Shown one piece after another: positions 47,515 through 54,334 of a DNA stretch of 54,334 nt. The translations under genes were made by a program, and so were the position numbers. The stretch is from Candidatus Woesearchaeota archaeon (GTDB taxonomy: Archaea; Nanobdellota; Nanobdellia; Woesearchaeales; JACQSR01), in contig JACQSR010000018.1 in assembly GCA_016211215.1 (NCBI GenBank), positions 1 to 54,334 on the forward strand. Direction: 5' to 3'. Position 1 is the first letter of the stretch, and the number at the start of each line of letters is the position of its first letter. The notes under the pieces were generated by a model. It searched no databases. It saw only the letters and a list, made by a program, of their open reading frames with translations, and was not told where the DNA came from.

Positions 47515-48120
47515 TTATCCTGCCAGCATCTTCCCGCTCTGCCACAGAAATCTCAGGGAGATAACAAGTATGATTACTGAATAGAGAACAGTTATTGCGC
47601 TGTCTATCCAGAAGAATCCTGTAAAGTACATTACAACTGCCCCACCCAAAATTGTAACCCAGCCGAGAACATCCTGCGCGTAATGCAGTATAAGGACTTT
47701 TATGTTTATGTTTTTTCTTTCTGATTTAAGCAATTTGTAGAATATAAAACTGTTAAAGGAGATCCCAATTACGCCCAGCGCAATAACCAGCCTGCTTTCC
47801 ACAGGCTCCGGCGAAGATATTCTTCCGACGGCCTCGTAAATCAGGTACAGAGAGCCTATAACCAACGCAAGCGCATTGGCGAAAGCAACTGCAACTTTAA
47901 GCCTTTCAAACCTCGGATGCCTGTGCTGCCTTGCAATCCTTTCAACCCACCATGAGAAGAACAAAGAAATAACATCGGTAAAATCATGCAGTGCATCAGA
48001 TATTACTGCTATGGAATTAGACAGCAATCCTCCTGCCAGCTCAACCAAAAAAAACACAAAGTTTACCACTACTCCCGAAAGCAAAACCTTCTCCTCGTGG
48101 TTAGATTCGTGAGACGACAT
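47515..48120 (-). CDS. Cation diffusion facilitator (CzcD-like), TM domain only
   Basis: SIAVISDALHDFTD, HYAQD. Ends just after TM6. Confidence 0.8.
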   Translation of the reverse strand: MSSHESNHEEKVLLSGVVVNFVFFLVELAGGLLSNSIAVISDALHDFTDVISLFFSWWVERIARQHRHPRFERLKVAVAFANALALVIGSLYLIYEAVGRISSPEPVESRLVIALGVIGISFNSFIFYKLLKSERKNINIKVLILHYAQDVLGWVTILGGAVVMYFTGFFWIDSAITVLYSVIILVISLRFLWQSGKMLAG

Positions 48121-49174
48121 CTTCAACAGATATGCTCTTCATGCATTTTTGGTAATCCTCGCCCCTGTAGTAGCAGTTCGGTATTTCCCCCTTGTGAACA
48201 TTAATGCAGGGGCTGTATTTGCAGATTTCCCCCTTGTAAATGCCTGTCCCTTTCAGAGGCCCGAACCTAACCGGCAGATTGGGCCCGAACAATCCTATTG
48301 TTCTTGTTCCCATCGCTGCTGAAATGTGCATCGGCCCGGAATCGTTGCCTATAAGGAGGGAGCATCTCTTGATGAGGTAAAAACTCTGCTGCAGCGTAAA
48401 TTCCCCGCATGAGTTTATGGGCTTGCCTTTCATCAGGCCTGCAACATCGTCATGCATCTTTGCTTCCGACTTTGACCCCATGAACACTATCCTTGCCTTT
48501 TTAGCGCCAATCAGAATGTCGCACAGCTTTGCAAACCTATCCTTCGGCCAAATCCTTGACGGAGCGCTTTCCGCAACCCCAACTGCAATACCAACAAGAA
48601 AATCCTTTTTCCTTACCCCCTTCTTCAGCAGGTAGTCATCAACTATTTGCTTATCCCGGGAACTGTATTTCAGCTGGGTAAGACCTTTCACTTTTTTTGC
48701 AATGCCAAGGGGCTTCAGCAAATCCATAAATGTCTGCGAGCAGTGCTGCCTGTCGTTGTATTTTACCTTATCGGTATAAAGCCTCGACCTTAAGCCGTGG
48801 GAATACCCCACTCTTCTTCCTGCAACAAAATAGGAGATTATCGAAGACACATTGAGGTACTCCTCGAAGTCTATTGCAGTGCCGTAAGAATTGCGGTTTT
48901 TTATTATGTAGCGCAAAACCGCAAAGGGGCTCGTGCTTATCACATCAACGTCAAAATCCCTGTATACATCCCTGTTTCTTTCTGTGGCAAGCACCTTTAC
49001 GTTCTTCATCTCATGAAGCGCAGGAAGTGTCAGTATTGACTCGCCAATGCCCCAAAGCTGTATCGCCAGGATTTTTCCATTTGCGGCCTTTCCTCTCCCG
49101 GGAAACAGCCCTAGAAGCACGCACCACAACCCGCCAATATACCTGTCCAGGAATCTTGTAAGCCTTACGTTCAT
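48101..49174 (-). CDS. Glycosyltransferase family 9 (heptosyltransferase-like)
   Basis: GIGESILTLP, RIWPKDRF, GNDSGPMHISAAMG, LFGP, CSPC-like CKYSPC, CMKSI. Confidence 0.9.
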   Translation of the reverse strand: MNVRLTRFLDRYIGGLWCVLLGLFPGRGKAANGKILAIQLWGIGESILTLPALHEMKNVKVLATERNRDVYRDFDVDVISTSPFAVLRYIIKNRNSYGTAIDFEEYLNVSSIISYFVAGRRVGYSHGLRSRLYTDKVKYNDRQHCSQTFMDLLKPLGIAKKVKGLTQLKYSSRDKQIVDDYLLKKGVRKKDFLVGIAVGVAESAPSRIWPKDRFAKLCDILIGAKKARIVFMGSKSEAKMHDDVAGLMKGKPINSCGEFTLQQSFYLIKRCSLLIGNDSGPMHISAAMGTRTIGLFGPNLPVRFGPLKGTGIYKGEICKYSPCINVHKGEIPNCYYRGEDYQKCMKSISVEDVVSRI

Positions 49175-49500
49175 TTTTTCCTTTCAAACGCAGTCTTCCT
49201 CACAACCTCTTCAAGCTTTTTCTGGTTCTTTCTCAGCAGAGTGTAGTTGAGGAAAACAACGCCAATGAGGAACATAAAGCCAAGCACGATATAAAAATCC
49301 ATTCTCCTCGCAAAATCAAGGCCACCCACAATCGGGTCAACTAAAGCAGGGAACAATGTTATCAGGATGAACACTACCCACAGCGCAGTCCACACCCCGA
49401 ATGCCTTCGCTGAAAATTCATTCCTCTTGAAATGCACGAAAGAGGTGTATATCATGAATATGCCGAAAAGCAGCCCCAGTATCTGAATTCCAAGTATCAT
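49171..49500 (-). CDS. DUF2304-family small membrane protein
   Basis: Three TM helices plus a C-terminal amphipathic helix; follows a GT2, the usual pairing. Confidence 0.75.
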   Translation of the reverse strand: MILGIQILGLLFGIFMIYTSFVHFKRNEFSAKAFGVWTALWVVFILITLFPALVDPIVGGLDFARRMDFYIVLGFMFLIGVVFLNYTLLRKNQKKLEEVVRKTAFERKK

Positions 49501-49527
49501 GGCGCATCACCCCTTATCCCATTTAAA

Positions 49528-50184
49528 TTATTTTGCAATCTTCCACCATATCATGCTGAACACAATCTTTATCCCGTCCCATACGGTAGTTCCCTTGTAC
49601 CTGTCACCGTATATTGTCTCTATCGGAATTTCCCTGTACCGGAGATGGTTGTTCCCGACCTTTGCAATCATTTCGCTTTCCATCGAGTAATCAACCGCGC
49701 TCCAGCGTATTTTCCTGTAAACATCCGCCCTAAAGGCCCTATAGCCTGATTGTGTGTCTTTCAGGCTAATGCCGAACAGAACCCCGCACACGCTGTTGAT
49801 AAACCAGTTTCCAAACCTAAGCACGGCAGGCATTTTTTTGTTAAGCCTCCTGTAGCCAAACACTACGTCGGCATCCTTAAGCTCCGATATAAACCGGGGT
49901 ATTTCGCGTGGCTCGTGCTGTCCATCCGCATCCAAAACAACTATGATGGATGCACCTTCCCTTGCCGCATAATCGCACCCAGTTTTCAGCGCAGCCCCCT
50001 TTCCCAAATTCACGACATGCTGAAGCGTAACTGCGTTTCTGCTTGCAATTTCATATGTGTTGTCAGAGCTTCCGTCATCAACCACCACTATTTTGTCCAC
50101 AAATCCCTTTGTCTTCTCAAGAACTTTCCCAATCCTCTGCCCTTCGTTATAGGCAGCGATTACGGCCCATGTATTCTGCTTCAT
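49528..50184 (-). CDS. Glycosyltransferase family 2 (DPM1-like)
   Basis: AAYNE, DDGSSD, NLGKGAAL, DADGQH, DTQSGYRA. Confidence 0.92.
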   Translation of the reverse strand: MKQNTWAVIAAYNEGQRIGKVLEKTKGFVDKIVVVDDGSSDNTYEIASRNAVTLQHVVNLGKGAALKTGCDYAAREGASIIVVLDADGQHEPREIPRFISELKDADVVFGYRRLNKKMPAVLRFGNWFINSVCGVLFGISLKDTQSGYRAFRADVYRKIRWSAVDYSMESEMIAKVGNNHLRYREIPIETIYGDRYKGTTVWDGIKIVFSMIWWKIAK

Positions 50185-50301
50185 AGAATTAGTAATTTTC
50201 CGGAGATTTAAATTATTATGCCTTACTCAATTGCATGGCGGTTGTTAAGGTGAGATGCCGCCCCAAAACACTTAAAAACAATTAACCATAAATGTACCTT
50301 T

Positions 50302-50595
50302 ATGCCTAAAATATTCGAGATAAAGGATAAAAGTGGTAGAAAAATATCCTTATCGCAGGAAAGATGGACGCACATTAACCAAGAGCACCCGGAAGTTGCT
50401 CCCCATATAGAAGAAATAAAGGAAACATTGGAAAATCCTATCCAAATTAAATCTTACGAATTTGATGAGGAAGTGAAATATTACTACAAACACTTAAAAC
50501 AGAAGCCTTTGGCAGGATATCTGCTGGTAATAGTTAAGTATTTAAACGGAGAGGGCTTTATAATTACATCCTACTTTGTAAGGAACATAAAATGA
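50302..50595 (+). CDS. Putative RelE/DUF4258-like toxin
   Basis: ERWTHINQEHPE...LLVIVKY...FIITSY; ATGA overlap with the DUF2283 gene. Confidence 0.6.
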   Translation: MPKIFEIKDKSGRKISLSQERWTHINQEHPEVAPHIEEIKETLENPIQIKSYEFDEEVKYYYKHLKQKPLAGYLLVIVKYLNGEGFIITSYFVRNIK

Positions 50596-50834
50596 AGGGT
50601 CCAATGAGGTTGCATTATGACGAGGAGGGTGACTTCCTGGAGATATCTATAGGCAAGCCGACGAAATGCTATGCGTCCGAAATAGAACCGGGAGTCTTCC
50701 TTAGGATAGATGAAAAAACAAACGAAGTAAGAAGTGTAGGAGTTATCGGGTTTAAAAAGCGTTCAAGGAAAATCGAAGACATAAAGCTCGATCTTCCAAT
50801 TGACATTAATTTCTCAGTCCCTGCTAGTTCTTAG
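50592..50834 (+). CDS. DUF2283-family putative antitoxin
   Basis: YDEEGDFLEI...GVFLRID...GVIG. Confidence 0.75.
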   Translation: MKGPMRLHYDEEGDFLEISIGKPTKCYASEIEPGVFLRIDEKTNEVRSVGVIGFKKRSRKIEDIKLDLPIDINFSVPASS

Positions 50835-50873
50835 CGTACAGAAATGAACTTTGAACGCGAAAAATCCAACAAA

Positions 50874-51194
50874 ATGGCTAAACAAAGGAAACTAAGGTGC
50901 GACTGCGGAGGATTCCTGGCAGAGCAAAAGACTGTTTTTGGCAGTTTTGAAACCGACGCCATGGCCTGCCCGAAATGCAGTTTTACAACCTTAACAAAGG
51001 AACAGGCAGAGAGATATGCAAGGCTAAAGCAGCTCCACTCCATAATTGATTCTGAGAGAAGGATAATCAAGATTGGGAACTCTATGGGGCTTACCTTGCC
51101 GGACAAGCTTCAGGAATTTGGTGCAAAGGTCGGAAAGAAGGTAAGAACAGAGGCATTGGGACCAAATTCATTCAAGGTGGAGCTTGTGGGCTAA
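50874..51194 (+). CDS. Zinc-ribbon + AbrB-like domain protein
   Basis: CDCGG...CPKC followed by RRIIKIGNSMGLTLP. Confidence 0.75.
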   Translation: MAKQRKLRCDCGGFLAEQKTVFGSFETDAMACPKCSFTTLTKEQAERYARLKQLHSIIDSERRIIKIGNSMGLTLPDKLQEFGAKVGKKVRTEALGPNSFKVELVG

Positions 51195-54145
51195 CCCGCA
51201 GTAGCATTTCCGGTTTGCTTGAATGCTGGCAATAAATTCATGCCGCTTCCGTTCCAGTCAACCTTGTAGATGTATATCTGGCCCCCTCCGACAGTAGTCT
51301 GGTAGCTGAACGGCTTGAAATGCTCAAGGCCATGGCCTGCCAAAAAGAACATCCTCGTGAACATTCCGCCGGCTATTTCTGGGCTGGCTGCTATGTTTCT
51401 ATAGTTATTTCCATCCGGGAAAACCACTATGCTTACGCCTATTGTGTCATTGAAGCTCCTTTCCCTCATTCCATCTTTGGTTGCAAGCCAGAGCGCATTG
51501 GGGTGCATGATGCCGTTTCCTGTCTGCACATCTGCCTGAAGGGTCTCAAGGTTCACCCTGATTTTTGCTCCCTGAATGGAATCGCATTCAATTTCATTAT
51601 CGGCCAGCTTTCTGCATGCCTTTGCACCCGACTGGTATCCGGGCCATGGGGCTATCCAGTTGTTTGCATCCTCGCTCGTCTTTAGATTCTGTATTTCATA
51701 TGCAACATTGCTTGCCTGCTGCTCGGTCATGTTGAAGCGCTGCACCAAAAAGTCAACGCCCTTTTTGAAGTCGCTTGCGTATTCGGGCCTCTTCAGCGTG
51801 TTGTACATCAATGCCCTGTCAAAATTCCAGTTGCCGAAATGCGCCCAGACGCCTGACTTTCCGACCATGTCCTCCGACGCCACAAAGTAAGCCTCAGGCG
51901 GCTCGCAATGGGTGTGCTTCAGTACTTCATCCGCCTGCTCTGGGCTTAGGCCTTTATTCAGCAGAACCTTTCCCGCATCATCCTTTCCAAGCACCACAAT
52001 TTGGTGTATGATATCTATCGTCTTCGCAACGTCATTGACTGAAGGAAGCAGCTTGTCATATGCAGTATTCGCCCCGCAGTCAAGCATCCTCAGTATTCCA
52101 ACAGCCTCGTCTTCATTGCTTGTTGATAATATCCTTCCGACCCAGTGCGCGGGAGGTGAATCCTGGGATGTACCGTCAAAAGTAACCGGCCTGTTCCCTA
52201 TGTACTTGAACCAGTGCCCGAAGTCCCACCACGATGTTATAATGGAATTTTTGGATGCTTCCCTGTTTATCTTGTCCAGCGAGTTCCACCACCCATCATT
52301 CATGTCCGACACCTGCGCAGTTGCGGCATTGTACGAGGAGCTTAGAACATTCACAGGATAAACCAAAAGCATCAGGAACACAAGAACAACGGACAGCCTT
52401 GCTATCCTCCCGTCTATTTTCAGGATGTCCCTGAAGAATTTTGAGAAATAATCAGATAGTATCCCAAAAGATATTCCAAGAGCAAGCGCAAACGCAGGCA
52501 CTATGAGCAGCGTGAACCTAACTCCTTTGGTGCTTGCATATATGGTTGACACATACCACATTATAAGCAGCATTGTAAGGTTTATGTCCTCGAGGTCTTC
52601 CCTCTTTATTATGGATATTATGAAAAGTATTGCAATCGGAATGCTGATAAGGCCGAGGAACAGCAGCAAGTTCTGGGGCCTTAGTGCAAGTATCACTATG
52701 TACCATACCCCGCATCCAAGAATGTAAAGCCACTTTGTCTGGGCTTCAGCCTTTCTCCTCACCAGCGGCAGTACCATGCCAATCAGCGATAGGAAGAACA
52801 GGAACAAACTGCCTATCCCTGTCTGGTCTATTACCGAATTAAGGGACGCGGGAGTCTGCTCTGCAACTGTCGTGTAAACATTGGGCCATACCGTGCTTAT
52901 TCCAACTTCCTTAAGCTTTGTAAATCCTATCGGCCTTGCTATGGTTGCCTTGTAAAATATCTCCCCATTGGTGAATATTGCGACAAATATTCCGGAAAAC
53001 AGGAAAAATGCGGCAAGCACTATCAGCGCATTCTTGATTGACTGCTGGCCAAGAATTTTTCCAATCTTAAACTCGCCCCTGTGGATAATGGCATAATAAG
53101 CCATGTAAGCTATGATGGCAACAAGCAGGAAGTCAAATATGTACCACCAGCCGGACCATGAAAACGCGTAAAGTCCCACAAAGAAGCCGTTTAGCGCAGC
53201 AAGCAGTATCCTGTACTTTAGCGACTTTGCCCCCATGCATTCAAGGAAAAGCCAGGTTATGACAAGGGGGAAAAAGACGTTGTAGCCATCGGTGTCTGAA
53301 ATCCCTCCAAGTGTCCTCACAAGAAATGCAGGATGCACCGCAACAATTATGCCGGCAATCAGGCCCCCAAAATCACCTGCAATCCTCCTCGCCACAAAGA
53401 ATGCAGGAATTACCGCAAGGGCTGAAATAAGCACAGGAACATAAAAGGAAATGTGCATCAGCGAAACGTCGGGATTAAATAAGGAATAGATTTTGTAAAG
53501 GTATGCGATTAAGTAAGCGTGAAACATGTCTGCAGGAACAAAACGGCCCGTCGGAGAATTCATGTAAGTGTCATACGGCTTGCCATCTTTCAGTATGTCT
53601 CCGGGATGCCCGTTGTTCAATACATTTCTGGCGTGCCTCAGCCAGAAGAAAGGGTCTATTGCTATAAGGTAAGTGTCCCCGTTATCATCCTTGAACTGGG
53701 ATTTGAAGTACTGCGACGCGCTGTTGACATCTCTCTCAACCTGCGCTCCGTTCTTTGCCAGAAAGCTCTCAAACTCCCTGTCCGCCAATGCATTGATGTT
53801 CTGGTCAGGAAGATTCGGATACTGCTGCCTCACCTGGTTCCCAATCTGGTCTTTGTAAGAATTATAAACGACATTTTTCGCCCAATCATCTGTTGCCGGA
53901 AGGTACTGCGGCTGGATTCTGAGGTAGATTGACAGTATTAGCGGAATCAATACAAGCAGGAAAATGCCGTACTTTGAAAGAAAGCCTTTTGTTGCCTTAT
54001 ACGACTGCATAACGCCTTCCTTGACGCCTGAAAGGTCTATGTCATCTGATGCCTTTTGAGGTCCTTCAGAGCTTTTTGAGAAAAAATTCTTTATTTTACT
54101 GAAGTCTATCGAGATTTCGTCATCCTTCTCTTTTTTGTCATCCAT
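51191..54145 (-). CDS. aglB: Oligosaccharyltransferase AglB/STT3
   Basis: Polytopic N-terminal half with DPFFW, DTD, TVAE and RF motifs; SWWDFG; DMVGK. Confidence 0.92.
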   Translation of the reverse strand: MDDKKEKDDEISIDFSKIKNFFSKSSEGPQKASDDIDLSGVKEGVMQSYKATKGFLSKYGIFLLVLIPLILSIYLRIQPQYLPATDDWAKNVVYNSYKDQIGNQVRQQYPNLPDQNINALADREFESFLAKNGAQVERDVNSASQYFKSQFKDDNGDTYLIAIDPFFWLRHARNVLNNGHPGDILKDGKPYDTYMNSPTGRFVPADMFHAYLIAYLYKIYSLFNPDVSLMHISFYVPVLISALAVIPAFFVARRIAGDFGGLIAGIIVAVHPAFLVRTLGGISDTDGYNVFFPLVITWLFLECMGAKSLKYRILLAALNGFFVGLYAFSWSGWWYIFDFLLVAIIAYMAYYAIIHRGEFKIGKILGQQSIKNALIVLAAFFLFSGIFVAIFTNGEIFYKATIARPIGFTKLKEVGISTVWPNVYTTVAEQTPASLNSVIDQTGIGSLFLFFLSLIGMVLPLVRRKAEAQTKWLYILGCGVWYIVILALRPQNLLLFLGLISIPIAILFIISIIKREDLEDINLTMLLIMWYVSTIYASTKGVRFTLLIVPAFALALGISFGILSDYFSKFFRDILKIDGRIARLSVVLVFLMLLVYPVNVLSSSYNAATAQVSDMNDGWWNSLDKINREASKNSIITSWWDFGHWFKYIGNRPVTFDGTSQDSPPAHWVGRILSTSNEDEAVGILRMLDCGANTAYDKLLPSVNDVAKTIDIIHQIVVLGKDDAGKVLLNKGLSPEQADEVLKHTHCEPPEAYFVASEDMVGKSGVWAHFGNWNFDRALMYNTLKRPEYASDFKKGVDFLVQRFNMTEQQASNVAYEIQNLKTSEDANNWIAPWPGYQSGAKACRKLADNEIECDSIQGAKIRVNLETLQADVQTGNGIMHPNALWLATKDGMRERSFNDTIGVSIVVFPDGNNYRNIAASPEIAGGMFTRMFFLAGHGLEHFKPFSYQTTVGGGQIYIYKVDWNGSGMNLLPAFKQTGNATAG

Positions 54146-54198
54146 CCCTGCCTGGAAAACTCAGGGCTATTTAAAAAAGTTGCTATGCATTCACTCAA

Positions 54199-54334
54199 TG
54201 TGCTCCGCAGGGACATATGTCACCCCCCTATAAAGCAGTCAATTTCTAATACGGTTTGGGTGGTATGAATGAAGAAAAGAGATTCTAGGAGAGAGTTCTT
54301 TAGACTGAGAGATGAAGGTTTCTCTTATGCCCAA
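54199..54334 (+). mobile_element. Left end of IS481-like insertion sequence (IRL 54199-54223)
   Basis: TGTGCTCCGCAGGGACATATGTCAC begins with TGT and matches the reverse complement of 112-136 at 19/25 positions. Confidence 0.75.
54269..54334 (+). CDS. Probable transposase N-terminus (HTH start; truncated by window)
   Basis: MKKRDSRREFFRLRDEGFSYAQ, open to the window end, just inside the IRL. Confidence 0.6.
   Translation, partial: MKKRDSRREFFRLRDEGFSYAQ

Noticed and set aside
2076-53932. Numerous 60-200 aa ORFs antisense to or nested in motif-bearing genes
   Set aside because: They are shadow ORFs with no motifs, and the opposite frame carries the clear family signatures.
1-54334. Window as a circular plasmid or provirus closed through one IS
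   Set aside because: No target-site duplication links the two IS flanks, and I recognised no replication, capsid or integrase genes. A contig break at IS copies is simpler.

Overview
This 54-kb segment is archaeal, most consistent with DPANN/Woesearchaeota-type archaea. That assignment is inferred from the AglB/STT3 gene, two TrmB regulators, a PGF-pre-PGF domain, and TATA boxes about 21-25 nt upstream of many start codons. Most of the window is a dispersed cell-surface glycosylation locus. It encodes CDP-glucose (rfbF/rfbG) and dTDP-sugar (rfbA/B/C, DegT) enzymes, a complete five-gene ADP-heptose pathway (gmhA-hldD-rfaE1-gmhB-rfaE2), a GT9 heptosyltransferase-like gene, four GT2s, a flippase-like protein, two YfhO-like GT-C proteins, two B12-binding radical SAM enzymes and AglB. 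Interspersed are four toxin-antitoxin-like modules, a DtxR-controlled Mn/Zn/Fe ABC operon with a perfect 20-bp operator, two Cys-rich surface proteins and many orphan ORFs. Several features are absent from the ORF track: the window starts with the 3' end and finishes with the 5' end of an IS481-like element (matching 25-bp terminal IRs); a 3.4-kb cassette is bounded by an exact 93-bp duplication of the 3' end of a yfhO gene; there is a 51-aa zinc-ribbon gene; and there are several structured intergenic elements. I recognised no rRNA, tRNA or CRISPR array. All family calls come from reading motifs by eye, not from database searches.
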